Of a stretch of DNA of 64,000 bases, positions 45,961 to 55,815 are shown in pieces. The DNA comes from Acidobacteriota bacterium (GTDB lineage Bacteria; Acidobacteriota; Terriglobia; Terriglobales; Acidobacteriaceae): contig JBKOUZ010000042.1 of NCBI GenBank assembly GCA_046723715.1, forward strand, positions 11,656 through 75,655, given 5' to 3'. The number at the start of each line of letters is the position of its first letter. Position 1 is the first letter of the stretch. Both the position numbers and the translations under genes were made by a program. Below the pieces are notes generated by a model. That model was not told the origin of the DNA, made no database searches, and was given only the letters and a program-made list of their open reading frames with translations.

Positions 45961-46575
45961 TTACCTCAATAGCCGCAAAAATACCTCTGCTGATTTGCGC
46001 GGCTCCAGTGACAGATCGGATATCACCGCCACGGAATCGGCCCCCGCCTCGAGCACCGAGGCCGCATTCGCCCGCGTGATCCCTCCAATCGCGACCAGCG
46101 GCTTGGCTGTCAATTCCCGGGCCCGGCGCACTCCTTCGAGTCCTACGATGGGATCGGGATTGTCTTTGCTCGAGGTAGCGAATACCGGCCCGATCGCAAC
46201 ATAGTCCGCTGACGTCAAATCCGCTTCGCGCAGTTGCTCCGGGTTATGCGTGGACACTCCCAACCAGCGCTCCGGCCCGATAATCTTGCGCGCCGATTCG
46301 GGCAACAAGTCATCCTGTCCCACGTGGACACCGTCAAAGTCAGCGGCCAGGCAAAGATCGGCGCGATCATTCATGATGAGCCGCACCGAGTGTCCCACAT
46401 GCTTCTTCAACTCCCGCGCTTGTTCCAGCATCATTCGCGCATGCCCTGACTTATTACGGTATTGAAGGAGAGTACACCCCGCGCTGACCAAGTCCTCAGC
46501 CAAGGCCATCAGTTCCAGAGTAGACCCGCGACAGGACGAGTCCACAATGGGATAAAGTCGCGGAAGCAAAATCAT
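45961..46575 (-). CDS. thiE: Thiamine-phosphate synthase
   Basis: 204 aa with LYPIVDS..., LLQYRNK, VHVGQDD, and AIGPVFATSSK...VAIGGI. Confidence 0.9.
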   Translation of the reverse strand: MILLPRLYPIVDSSCRGSTLELMALAEDLVSAGCTLLQYRNKSGHARMMLEQARELKKHVGHSVRLIMNDRADLCLAADFDGVHVGQDDLLPESARKIIGPERWLGVSTHNPEQLREADLTSADYVAIGPVFATSSKDNPDPIVGLEGVRRARELTAKPLVAIGGITRANAASVLEAGADSVAVISDLSLEPRKSAEVFLRLLR

Positions 46576-46711
46576 TCAGGCAAATCTCGGAACAGCACGT
46601 GTGGCCGGACCTGTAGTCCCGGACCCCTCGTCCGGGGTTGAGCGCAAAGCGCGCAATGACGCACTGCTGTCCGCGTTTACTGCCTTCCCGGGGGAACGAG
46701 GGACTCCGCCC

Positions 46712-48067
46712 CTACTTCTGCGCGTTCTTGTTCAGAAATCGTTCTATGAAACCAGTGTCGATTTTTCCCGCCCGGAAATCCGGGTCAGCCAGTATCTTGC
46801 GATGCAGTGGAATCGTGGTGTACACACCCTCAACAATAAACATCTCCAAAGCTCTCGCCATCCGTGAAATCGCCTCACCACGATCTTTGGCGCGCACAAT
46901 GAGCTTGGCAATGAGCGAATCGTAATAGGGCGGGATCACGCCTTCTGCGTATGCCGCCGTATCGACGCGCACGCCCGTACCTCCGGGCGGATGGAAAGCG
47001 GTAATCTTTCCGGCCGAGGGCGTGAATTTCTCGGGATGCTCGGCATTGATGCGGCACTCGATCGAGTGCCCGCGGTGCACGATGGGCCCGTGCAGCACTT
47101 CATCCATTCTGGCGCCAGCAGCAATCATGATCTGGCTTTTCACCAGGTCAACATCGGTGACCATCTCCGTCACCGGGTGCTCTACCTGAATGCGCGTGTT
47201 CATCTCGATAAAGTGTAGCCGCCGGTCCTGATCCATCAAGAACTCGATCGTACCCGCGTTCCAGTAACCAATCGCCGCCAGCGATTTGCAGAGAACCTCC
47301 CCGATCTGCGACCGCATTTCCGGAGTGACCTGCGTGGAGGGAGATTCTTCGAGCAACTTCTGATGGCGACGCTGGATCGAGCACTCGCGCTCTCCCAGGC
47401 TCACGACCTTGCCGTGCTCGTCGGCAAGTACTTGAAACTCAATGTGCCGGGGATGCTCAACGTACTTCTCCATATACAGATCCCCATTGCCGAAAGCTCC
47501 GGCCGCTTCCGCTTGAGCCGCCTTAAACAGTCCGGGAAGTTCCTCTTCGCTGCGCACAATACGCATGCCGCGACCGCCGCCGCCAGCGGAGGCTTTGACA
47601 ATCACTGGATAGCCGACCTGACGCGCCCACTCCACGGCCTCGCCGTCGGATGCGATGATCCCGTCAGAACCCGGCAGGATTGGCACCCCTGCTTCTTTCA
47701 TCGCCGCACGCGCCTTTTCCTTCTCACCCATAAGCCGCGTAACTTCCGGGCGCGGGCCAATGAACTTGATTTCGCTCATCTGGCAGACTTCGGCAAAATT
47801 TGCATTCTCCGCCAGCAAACCGTATCCGGGATGCACGGCCTCAACATTCGCAATTTCAGCCGCGCTGATTACCGCAGGTATATTCAGATAGCTTTGCGCC
47901 AACTGCGGGGGCCCAATGCAGATCGCCTCGTCCGCAAAGCGAACGTGCAGCGAGTTGCGGTCAGCCTCGCTGTAAATCGCAACGGTCTTGACCCCGAGTT
48001 CCTTGCACGCGCAGATCACGCGCAAAGCTATTTCCCCGCGGTTCGCAATCAGGATCTTTTTAAACAT
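46712..48067 (-). CDS. accC: Acetyl-CoA carboxylase, biotin carboxylase subunit
   Basis: 451 aa. [25 protein letters not shown] plus ATP-grasp motifs. Confidence 0.95.
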   Translation of the reverse strand: MFKKILIANRGEIALRVICACKELGVKTVAIYSEADRNSLHVRFADEAICIGPPQLAQSYLNIPAVISAAEIANVEAVHPGYGLLAENANFAEVCQMSEIKFIGPRPEVTRLMGEKEKARAAMKEAGVPILPGSDGIIASDGEAVEWARQVGYPVIVKASAGGGGRGMRIVRSEEELPGLFKAAQAEAAGAFGNGDLYMEKYVEHPRHIEFQVLADEHGKVVSLGERECSIQRRHQKLLEESPSTQVTPEMRSQIGEVLCKSLAAIGYWNAGTIEFLMDQDRRLHFIEMNTRIQVEHPVTEMVTDVDLVKSQIMIAAGARMDEVLHGPIVHRGHSIECRINAEHPEKFTPSAGKITAFHPPGGTGVRVDTAAYAEGVIPPYYDSLIAKLIVRAKDRGEAISRMARALEMFIVEGVYTTIPLHRKILADPDFRAGKIDTGFIERFLNKNAQK

Positions 48068-48083
48068 GAGAGAAAAAAGCTAT

Positions 48084-48123
48084 GAGCTTCGAGCCCCAAA
48101 TTCAAGCTGCCGGCTCGAAGCTC
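48084..48123. other. Perfect 12-bp stem hairpin in the accB-accC spacer
   Basis: GAGCTTCGAGCC (48084-48095) pairs with GGCTCGAAGCTC (48112-48123) around a 16-nt loop. It lies 17 nt upstream of the accC start. Confidence 0.75.
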
Positions 48124-48190
48124 GCTGCTGATAATCGGTCGCAAGCATGAGACGTTGCAAGCTGCGTCTCTACTTGGGAACGATAGACGG

Positions 48191-48215
48191 AAAAAAGGCG
48201 CGTCTGCGCGCGCCT
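48191..48215 (-). terminator. Terminator-like hairpin with U-tract directly after accB
   Basis: On the minus strand: AGGCGCG-cgcaga-CGCGCCT followed by TTTTT. It begins 18 nt after the accB stop. Confidence 0.6.
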
Positions 48216-48232
48216 CTTGAATGATCTCAGTT

Positions 48233-48718
48233 TCACTTCTTCGGACGAACGACAAATAGGTCCTGGCCGTACTCGATCGGCTGCCCATTATTCGCAAATT
48301 TTTTGACGATCTCGCCAGCAACATCCGACTCAATCTCGTTAAGCAGCTTCATTGCCTCGACAATGCACAGCACTTGTCCAACTTCCACCGTATCCCCCAC
48401 CTTTACGAAAGGAGGAGCCCCCGGAGAAGGAGCTTCATAGAACGTCCCCACAATGGGAGACTTCACCGTATGCAGCCCTTCCTCGGCAACAGGCGCTGCA
48501 GGCGGAGCGGCCGCCGCTGCCGGAGCTATGGGTACTGCTTCGACAGGCGACGCCGGGGGAGGCACCGCGAAAAAGCGCGGCTCCCCGTGCGAGTGCACCA
48601 CGGTATGCTCGCCGGCGCGCTTGATTCGCACCTTGACATCGCCTCGTTCCAATTCGAACTCGGCAATATCCTTCTCGATTAAAAACTCGATGAGTTCCTT
48701 CAGCTCTTTTTGATTCAT
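48233..48718 (-). CDS. accB: Acetyl-CoA carboxylase biotin carboxyl carrier protein
   Basis: ATG at 48716-48718 (MNQKELKELIEFL). Ala/Pro linker and the biotinylation motif CIVEAMKLLNEI. Confidence 0.92.
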   Translation of the reverse strand: MNQKELKELIEFLIEKDIAEFELERGDVKVRIKRAGEHTVVHSHGEPRFFAVPPPASPVEAVPIAPAAAAAPPAAPVAEEGLHTVKSPIVGTFYEAPSPGAPPFVKVGDTVEVGQVLCIVEAMKLLNEIESDVAGEIVKKFANNGQPIEYGQDLFVVRPKK

Positions 48719-48815
48719 TCGTGTACGGTGGGACCTTCGCCGATCCCGCCGCGCACCCGCAGGGCGCGCGAAGAAGCCGGGCGTGGTCCGTGCCCGGCTC
48801 AATTACTCTAGAAGA

Positions 48816-49901
48816 CTAAACTGCCAGAAAATCTTTGCTGGTGGGCGTCAGTATCTCACAGCCACCGGCCGTGACCGCTACCATATCCTCGATCCTCACG
48901 CCCCATTTGCCGGGGAAGTATACTCCCGGCTCGATCGTGATGACCATCCCGGGCTGCAGAATCTCGCGCTGCCCATTCGCTACGCGGGGGCTTTCGTGGA
49001 TTTCCAGCCCCACCCCATGCCCGGTGGAATGCGTGAAATACCGACCGAAACCGGCTTTCTGCAATACTTTACGGGCCGCAGCGTCCACCTCCCCAACGGC
49101 AATTCCCGGCTTCACAGCCTCAACCGCTGCCTGCTGCGCCTCCCGTACCGCCTCGTACGCCTGCCTTGCCTCATCGGAAGGCTTGCCTACCCACACAGTG
49201 CGGGTCTGATCGGAACAATAACCTGAGAGTATAACACCGAAGTCGCACACCACGAATGCGTCCGAAGGGATCGGCTGCTGCGACGCGCGCCCGTGGGGAA
49301 GAGCAGACCGCGCACCAGAAGCAATAATCGTAGGAAATGACATCTCGTCGGCTCCAGCACGACGGGCAGCTAGCTCCATCTCAGCGGCGACCTCCACCTC
49401 CTTTGCACCCGGCCGCAGAACGTCCACCGCACGGTCGAACAGCTTCGCTCCCAGTACCACTGCTGCCCGGATCCGGGCGATCTCGTTTTCGTCCTTTACC
49501 ATGCGGTCGCGCTCCACCATGGGAGGCGCATCCTTCAAAGTGATCCCGGCGGGACGAATCTTCGTGAGTTTCTTCTTCTCGGCGACTGTGAGATGTTCCG
49601 ACTCAATCCCAATCGTTTTTTTCTTGCGCGCTCGCCGTTGCCCCAGGATTTCTGCCAGTGACTGCAGCAAAGCCTTCTTCGCAATCACCACCTTCGCGGC
49701 CTTCACTTCCTCGTGTGCCTGCGTGTCATAACGCACGTCGGTGATGAAAATGCTGCGAGATTCCTCGATCAGCAGGAGCCCGGCACTTCCCGTAAAACCG
49801 CAGAGATAACGAATATTGGGCAGATGGCCGACGAGAAGTCCCTGGAACCGGGTGGTCGAGAGATGCTCGCGCAGCTTCGCCTGTCGCGCATGGAAGTTCA
49901 T
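48816..49901 (-). CDS. pepP: Xaa-Pro aminopeptidase (M24 family)
   Basis: Creatinase-like N-domain and an M24 core with metal ligands in VVCDFGVILSGYCSDQTRT, HSTGHGVGLEIHE and ITIEPGVY. ATG at 49899-49901 is preferred. Confidence 0.85.
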   Translation of the reverse strand: MNFHARQAKLREHLSTTRFQGLLVGHLPNIRYLCGFTGSAGLLLIEESRSIFITDVRYDTQAHEEVKAAKVVIAKKALLQSLAEILGQRRARKKKTIGIESEHLTVAEKKKLTKIRPAGITLKDAPPMVERDRMVKDENEIARIRAAVVLGAKLFDRAVDVLRPGAKEVEVAAEMELAARRAGADEMSFPTIIASGARSALPHGRASQQPIPSDAFVVCDFGVILSGYCSDQTRTVWVGKPSDEARQAYEAVREAQQAAVEAVKPGIAVGEVDAAARKVLQKAGFGRYFTHSTGHGVGLEIHESPRVANGQREILQPGMVITIEPGVYFPGKWGVRIEDMVAVTAGGCEILTPTSKDFLAV

Positions 49902-50076
49902 TGCTGCGAGTTTATCAGGAGACAAGTGAGAGGTAGTGAGAAGCAACCTGTAAAGGTTATGTTAAGACCTTGAAGCGAGAACGCGCCCGCATCACAGGAT
50001 TTCGACACATGTTTTGCTAATCGCTCCGCCTCTCAGGGCTCAGGCCTCGAAGCTCATTGTTCACCGCTATAAAACA

Positions 50077-50110
50077 AGCCGCCGGCCTGATAGGTTTCAG
50101 GCCGGCGGCT
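50077..50110. terminator. Strong 14-bp-stem hairpin, bidirectional terminator candidate after pilQ
   Basis: AGCCGCCGGCCTGA-taggtt-TCAGGCCGGCGGCT. It is followed by TTTT on the plus strand and preceded by AAAACAA, which is T-rich on the minus strand. Confidence 0.75.
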
Positions 50111-50131
50111 TTTGAGTGCTTCAGCCCGCGA

Positions 50132-52153
50132 CTATGTCTGGATGATTCGCGGGGTGATGAAGAAAATCAGCTCCTGGTTTGCGGTGTCCACTTTCGTATG
50201 CTTGAACAGGTTGCCGAGGAACGGCAGGTTGCCGAGCAGCGGAACCTGCGTGATGTTGATCGAGTTCTGCGTCTGGATAACGCCGCCGATCACCACCGTC
50301 CCGCCATCGGTCACCAGAACCTGCGTGGTGGCCTGCTGCGTGATCAGTTCAGGGTTACCCTGCACTTGCTGTCCGAAGTTCGGCGTCGTGTTCTCGACGT
50401 CGACGTTCAGGAAGATCGTGTTCTCCGACGTGATCTGCGGAGTCACCGTCAACCGCAGGAAGGCGTCTACGTAGGTCACAGTCGGCGGGCCGCCCAACTG
50501 CGCCTGCGTCACGATCGGCACGCGCACGCCCTGTTTCACCAGAGCCTGGATATTGTTCTGCGTCACAACTCGCGGACGCGATAGTACTTTCAGCAATCCA
50601 CGCGCCTCCGCCATCGTCAGAATGGCATCCAGACGGATATTCGCAGTGGACGTCTGGAACCCGAGACCGCTCGTCGGGCTGGTCACGCCCAGGTTCGAGA
50701 AAAGCGGAATCTGGTTCAGAGTCGTCCCCGATGGCGATGATGTTCCTACGACCGAGTAGAACGGAGGAGGTCCACCGAAAACACCCATCGGAGACGTTCC
50801 CACGCTGCTGGCGCCACCAACCGTCGATGTGCTGTTGCCCCAGCCGAAACCAAGCTGCGTACCAATGTCACGGGCGAACTGCCGCGTCGCCGCAACCACG
50901 CGCGCTTCAATTTCAACTTCCTGCGTCTTGCGATCGAGCTGCGTCAGCAGGCGATCGATGGTTGGAATCGCCTTCGGAATGTCGTTGATGATGACCGCGT
51001 TGGTTCGATCATCAGCCACCACGTCGCCGCGTTGCGAGAGGAACTTCTTTACCGTGACGATGGCGTCTTTCGCCTTCGCATAGCTCAGGAACCGGGTTAC
51101 CGAAACCTTTTCCACCGCCAGAGCTTCTGATTCGATCTGCGCCCGGCGAGAGTCGGCTTCGTGCTTCAGGGTTTCCACTGTCGCGATGCGAAGAACATTA
51201 CCTTCCAGTTCTCGGGCGAGGTCATTGTTCTTGAGCACGATGTCGAGCGCCTGGTCCCACGGAACATCATCGAGAACGATGGTCAGTGTGCCGTGCACAT
51301 TGGGATCGAGCACAACGTTAAGGCCGCTGATCTCATGAATGAGGCGGAAGAAATCTTTCAGGTCAACGTCCTTCAAGTTGACTGAAATTGGCTCGCCCGT
51401 GTACTTCGGCCCTGCCACCGCATTTCCCTGTGCCGATTGCGCCTTCTGTTCGGCAGCCAGATTGACCGCTGGAGTGATGGCCGGAGCCTGGTTGCTCTGC
51501 GATTGAGCCGCATGCATACTGACCGGCAGCAACTCAGGAGTCGTTTTATCCGAGAACTTCGCCGCTGCGTCCTGCGCGCGAGCTGCCGGATTGTCATCCG
51601 AAGCTACCGCTTTCTGCTCAGCCTTCGCTTGATAAGAAGGTTCCACGAAGACGTAATTGTTGGGCGAAGCGGATTCCTTGCTCGCGGGCGCCGTGTCCGA
51701 TTTCACGGGAGCAGGCGAAGTCGCGGCCACGGTCGTTTGCTGAGCAGCAGCGTTCGCTTCGGCGTTGGCGTGCAGCGTCAGCACGAGCTTCCCGGCGGGT
51801 CCGGGCGTCAGTTCGTAGGCGCAAGCCTTCTCGAGATCAACCACGATGCGCGTGCTGGGACGGGACTGCCCTCCCATGCCAATGCGCACGTCCTTGACCC
51901 CGTTCGCATCAACGGCAATGGATTTCTGTCCGGTCCCCATTACGGTCTCGGGCAGATCCACCACCACGCGAGCGGGCGACTTGAGCGTGCTCACCTTGGG
52001 CGTCAGCACGCCCTTGGAGCTCATCTCAACCCGGATAGTGTCCGTGTCCCGGACTACGTTGACTCGATCGAGCTGGCTGGGCGTCTGGGCAGCCGCAGCC
52101 ACCACCAGCACTAGTAGCAACGATACGAACATTGCCAGTTGTTGCTTTCGCAT
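50132..52153 (-). CDS. pilQ: Type IV pilus secretin PilQ (AMIN + secretin)
   Basis: ATG at 52151-52153 follows GGAGA, with a signal peptide. N-terminal AMIN domain and C-terminal secretin (VPLLGNLPFLGNLFKHT...ELIFFITPRII). Confidence 0.92.
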   Translation of the reverse strand: MRKQQLAMFVSLLLVLVVAAAAQTPSQLDRVNVVRDTDTIRVEMSSKGVLTPKVSTLKSPARVVVDLPETVMGTGQKSIAVDANGVKDVRIGMGGQSRPSTRIVVDLEKACAYELTPGPAGKLVLTLHANAEANAAAQQTTVAATSPAPVKSDTAPASKESASPNNYVFVEPSYQAKAEQKAVASDDNPAARAQDAAAKFSDKTTPELLPVSMHAAQSQSNQAPAITPAVNLAAEQKAQSAQGNAVAGPKYTGEPISVNLKDVDLKDFFRLIHEISGLNVVLDPNVHGTLTIVLDDVPWDQALDIVLKNNDLARELEGNVLRIATVETLKHEADSRRAQIESEALAVEKVSVTRFLSYAKAKDAIVTVKKFLSQRGDVVADDRTNAVIINDIPKAIPTIDRLLTQLDRKTQEVEIEARVVAATRQFARDIGTQLGFGWGNSTSTVGGASSVGTSPMGVFGGPPPFYSVVGTSSPSGTTLNQIPLFSNLGVTSPTSGLGFQTSTANIRLDAILTMAEARGLLKVLSRPRVVTQNNIQALVKQGVRVPIVTQAQLGGPPTVTYVDAFLRLTVTPQITSENTIFLNVDVENTTPNFGQQVQGNPELITQQATTQVLVTDGGTVVIGGVIQTQNSINITQVPLLGNLPFLGNLFKHTKVDTANQELIFFITPRIIQT

Positions 52154-52239
52154 TTCGCTTCTCCCCACCCGCGGGCCTGGCCCGCGTGTCCTTCGTGCAA
52201 CTTGATTCGGCGCTCCGTCCCCGGAGTCCGCCGCCCTGC

Positions 52240-53397
52240 TTACACTGCTGGAGCCATAATCCGTTTCACAACTTCCCGCGTGAACGACTTACCCAGCTTG
52301 TCCTGGACCGTCTCCTGGAACACGACTGAGTCTCCCGTAATCTTCACCACGTAGCCATTGAACACAGGATCGTTTTCCCGCAGGAAATAAGCCTTATTCA
52401 GGTTATTGGTCACCACCGCGATGAAGCCGTTGTCGGACTTCACCACTCCTCGTACATTGATCGCATTGATCTCGAGGCACTTCTTGCCCGTCGCGCAGCC
52501 GGAGCCCGACCGCTGGACCACCGGGCTGAAAAACGGATCCCGCTTGCCACTCATCGCCCACTTCTTTTCTTCGGGCTTGGGCTGTTTCGGAGCTTCCGCA
52601 ATTTTGATCGGTGTTCCCTGAGTTGCCGCAGGCTTGGCCGCAACTACCGTCTTGGACTGCTGTTTGCTGTCCGCTTTCACAGGGGCCGCGATTGGTTTTG
52701 CGGCCGCATTAGTGTCAGCAACTTTCGCTACTGTGACAGGCTTGGCTGCCGGAGCTTTCGCATCTGCAACCTTCGGAGCCACTGCCACTGCCGGAGTCTT
52801 TGTGGCGCTCTTAACCGGCGCTGGAGCGTTCTTGGCAACTGCCGTGCCCGCATCTTGCGTATGCAGAATCAATATCGTTTTTCCCGCTGGGCCAGGCGTT
52901 ACTTCGTAGGGCAAAGCCTTCTCCAGATCCACCACAACGCTGGTGGTCGGAGGAGTCTTGCCATCCATGCCAATGCGGACGCCTTTAACCCCGCTGGTGC
53001 CTACAGGAATCTTACTTTGCGAGCTGCCTAAGACCGTCTCGGGCAGTTCCACGACGATGCGCGCCGGCGAGCTCAGTTTGCTCACACGCGGCGTCACTGC
53101 CTGGCTGGAACTGATCTCGATCTGAATGTCATTCGTGCCTGGCACCACGTTCACGTGCTGCAACTTGTTGTTCTGTGAGCCGGAAACCGCGGCCTGCACC
53201 GCCGGAGCCGCAGCTTTGGTGACCGGAATCGCCGCCGGCTTTACCGCCGGAGCGGGCGCACCGGGCGCCGGCTTCGCAGCCTGTTGTTGCTGCAGCGACT
53301 TCACCGTGTTACGCGCGTTATCGATGGCGGAAGGCGTCTGTGCTGCCACCCCACCTACCATCATTGCCATTGCCACTATGCCAGTCGTCAGCTTCAT
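52240..53397 (-). CDS. pilP: PilP-like pilus assembly protein carrying an N-terminal AMIN domain
   Basis: Signal peptide, then an AMIN domain very similar to that of PilQ, then an Ala/Pro/Lys linker. The C-terminus is PilP-like (RDPFFSP...INVRGVVKSDNGFIAVV...GYVVKITGDSVVF). Confidence 0.75.
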   Translation of the reverse strand: MKLTTGIVAMAMMVGGVAAQTPSAIDNARNTVKSLQQQQAAKPAPGAPAPAVKPAAIPVTKAAAPAVQAAVSGSQNNKLQHVNVVPGTNDIQIEISSSQAVTPRVSKLSSPARIVVELPETVLGSSQSKIPVGTSGVKGVRIGMDGKTPPTTSVVVDLEKALPYEVTPGPAGKTILILHTQDAGTAVAKNAPAPVKSATKTPAVAVAPKVADAKAPAAKPVTVAKVADTNAAAKPIAAPVKADSKQQSKTVVAAKPAATQGTPIKIAEAPKQPKPEEKKWAMSGKRDPFFSPVVQRSGSGCATGKKCLEINAINVRGVVKSDNGFIAVVTNNLNKAYFLRENDPVFNGYVVKITGDSVVFQETVQDKLGKSFTREVVKRIMAPAV

Positions 53398-53408
53398 ATG
53401 TGCGGTCC

Positions 53409-54053
53409 CTACTTCTTCGCCGCTAGCGCTGCGGGTTTTGCTCCGGCGCCTGCTGCGGAAGGTGTCAAATCGTGACTGAAATACGTCGTCGCGGTGAATG
53501 TGGCGACCACGCTCTCGTTGGGCGCGTACTGGTACGTATGCTTCGCCTTCGCTCCGCTCGGGTTCTTCGTGGTCGAGATCATCAAATTGCTGATGTTAAT
53601 GATTCGTTCCAGCTTGCTCACCCGGTCGAAGAAGTTCAGCGTCGAGTAGTACGGCCCGTCCAGCTCCATGTCGAAGGGAACTTCGCTGTAGTACTGCTGC
53701 GATTTCACGTCTTTTGCCGTGTAGCGCCGCAGTTCCACCCCCGCATGGCTCGCTTCCGAGCCCATCATGGTCATGAACCCATCGATCTGCTTCTCGTCGG
53801 GCACAATGCGCTGCTCGATCTCGAGTTGCTGTTTCAGTTCGGCCAGTTGCTGCTCGATCTGTTTCAGCTTCGGACGATAGGATTCGAGTTCGTTGTTTTC
53901 CCGAACCTTTTCTTCCAGGGCATGCTGCGCGGTGGCGTTCTTCTCTACCTGGCTCTTGAACACGGTAAAGTACAGCGCTGCCGTCACCACCGCACCCCCG
54001 AGAATCACCATCCCCCACTGCTTGATTCCCGACATTTCGCTAAAGTTCGCCAT
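53409..54053 (-). CDS. pilO: Type IV pilus assembly protein PilO
   Basis: 214 aa with one TM, a coiled coil, and a ferredoxin-like C-terminus. Its position between pilN and pilP fits. Confidence 0.85.
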   Translation of the reverse strand: MANFSEMSGIKQWGMVILGGAVVTAALYFTVFKSQVEKNATAQHALEEKVRENNELESYRPKLKQIEQQLAELKQQLEIEQRIVPDEKQIDGFMTMMGSEASHAGVELRRYTAKDVKSQQYYSEVPFDMELDGPYYSTLNFFDRVSKLERIINISNLMISTTKNPSGAKAKHTYQYAPNESVVATFTATTYFSHDLTPSAAGAGAKPAALAAKK

Positions 54054-54063
54054 AGGTCCGCCT

Positions 54064-54657
54064 TTACGACTTCCCCTTCTCGCAGGTCAGGGTGAACTGG
54101 AAAGCCTGCATGTCCTTGATGGTCTCGTCCTGGTAGGTTTCTTTAATCTCGACCGTTCGGAAGAACCCGGTCTTCTGCAAATTCGCAATCAGGTTTGCCA
54201 CCGCGTCGGTGCTCAGCGCCATCCCTTCCAGGTTGACCGATGGGCCGGTGTCATCCATCTTGTTCAGCCAGATCGCTTCCGTGTTATTGATCGTCTCGCC
54301 CAACATGGCCATGAGGTTGACCGGACCCGTCTGACCTTCGTGCAGTTGCTTGATCACGTCCACGCGTCGCTGGTAGGCATTGGCTTGCGTTTGCCGCTCC
54401 AGAAAGCGCGCCTTCACGTCCGCCAGTTCCCGATTCTTCTGTTCCGCCACTTTCATCTTGGCAGCGATGGCTTGCGTCTCGTGATCAAGCCGGTACCAGT
54501 AGCCCAGGTTGGCAAGACCTACGATCACCACGATGGCGAGAACCTTCAGCTTGGGCGACCCCATATCGCCCATTTCCATCGTCGGCATGGAGGGTGCAGC
54601 GCTTCCACCGCGCTTGCCTTTGCCTTTGGAGTTTTCGAGCAGGTTGATTTTGATCAT
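54064..54657 (-). CDS. pilN: Type IV pilus assembly protein PilN
   Basis: MIKINLL N-terminus (the PilM-binding motif), one TM, and a coiled coil. The start overlaps the pilM stop (ATGA). Confidence 0.88.
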   Translation of the reverse strand: MIKINLLENSKGKGKRGGSAAPSMPTMEMGDMGSPKLKVLAIVVIVGLANLGYWYRLDHETQAIAAKMKVAEQKNRELADVKARFLERQTQANAYQRRVDVIKQLHEGQTGPVNLMAMLGETINNTEAIWLNKMDDTGPSVNLEGMALSTDAVANLIANLQKTGFFRTVEIKETYQDETIKDMQAFQFTLTCEKGKS

Positions 54658-55709
54658 AGGGATTCAAAGCTCCTCAGGGCCAAGCCCACCGCCACCGCCA
54701 GCTGGCCGGGATTCTGCTCGACCAGTTCCGCTCCGTGCCCATCAACGGGAGGCGTCACCCGCTGGAACGGATTCAGCAATTCCACTGGCATCGAGAACTC
54801 CTGCCGCAACGCTTCCACCAGGCCCGGCACTTTCGACGAGCCACCGGCCAGGTAGATCTTTTCAATGTGTTCCCCCGCCGCGCTGGCTCGGAAGAAGTCG
54901 AACGTCTTCTGAATTTCCAGCACGATGATCTCAGTTACCTGCTGCAGGATCGGCTGCTTGGCGTCTTCGCTTACCGTTCCAACTTTATTTCCCAGCTTTA
55001 ACGACTCCGCGTCTTCAAAGCTGAGGTCCAGTTCCTTCTGCAGCGAATCCGTGTACTGATGGCCACCCACGCTGACGTCGCGCGGGAACAGCGGCGTTGT
55101 GCCCTTGACGATGTTGATGTTCATCACGCTGGCGCCCAGGTTCAAAAGCGCCACCACCTGGCCGGGCGCCGGCTGGTAGTTGTACTCGTAACAGTTCTGC
55201 AGAGCCAGCGCATCGATATCGACAATAGCCGGGGTACGTCCCGCCATCGAGAGTACGTTGGTGTAGTTCAGAATCTTGTCCTTCTTGACCGCCACCAGAA
55301 GCACATCCATCTGCGGACTGCCCACTTCATCGGAGAGAATCTGGTAGTCGAGGCTCACATCGGCAAGATCGAAAGGAATGTGCTGCGCCGCTTCTTTCTC
55401 AATGGTCTCGGCCAATTCCTGATCGCTCATGGAGGGCAGCGAGATCTTCTTTACGATCACCGAGTGTCCGCTCACGGCGGTTGCCACACCTTTGGTCTTG
55501 ATCTGATTGTCCGCAAACAGCTTCGAAATCGCGCTCGACACCGTGCCCGAGTCCACGATCATGGAATCCACCACGATGTCCGAAGACAGCGGTTCCAGCC
55601 CGAGGTGAGTGACCTCGATCTGCCCACCCTTTTTGCTCAACTCCACCGCCTTAATGCTCGAGGAGCCCACATCCAGGCCAACAATGGACTTCGATCCAAA
55701 TCCAAACAT
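54654..55709 (-). CDS. pilM: Type IV pilus assembly ATPase-fold protein PilM
   Basis: 351 aa with an actin-like fold (IVGLDVGSSSIKAVEL...). Operon position fits. Confidence 0.9.
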   Translation of the reverse strand: MFGFGSKSIVGLDVGSSSIKAVELSKKGGQIEVTHLGLEPLSSDIVVDSMIVDSGTVSSAISKLFADNQIKTKGVATAVSGHSVIVKKISLPSMSDQELAETIEKEAAQHIPFDLADVSLDYQILSDEVGSPQMDVLLVAVKKDKILNYTNVLSMAGRTPAIVDIDALALQNCYEYNYQPAPGQVVALLNLGASVMNINIVKGTTPLFPRDVSVGGHQYTDSLQKELDLSFEDAESLKLGNKVGTVSEDAKQPILQQVTEIIVLEIQKTFDFFRASAAGEHIEKIYLAGGSSKVPGLVEALRQEFSMPVELLNPFQRVTPPVDGHGAELVEQNPGQLAVAVGLALRSFESL

Positions 55710-55815
55710 GTGCCCACCTTTTTGTGTGGCGCGAGCAACTTCACCCGCAACCCTTTATGTACCGCCGGCGACTCGCCGGCTGTCCCGAGGGCGTCTCGCC
55801 CTCAGACTTCCTCTG

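Noticed and set aside
46576-46711. TPP riboswitch upstream of thiE
   Set aside because: I read the minus strand for the conserved CUGAGA and ACCUGAUCUGGAUAAUGCCAGCG-type core and found neither. The spacer instead contains a REP-like hairpin (46618-46636). A covariance-model scan would be decisive.
47363-48085. 240-aa plus-strand ORF
   Set aside because: It is antisense to accC, whose identity is unambiguous.
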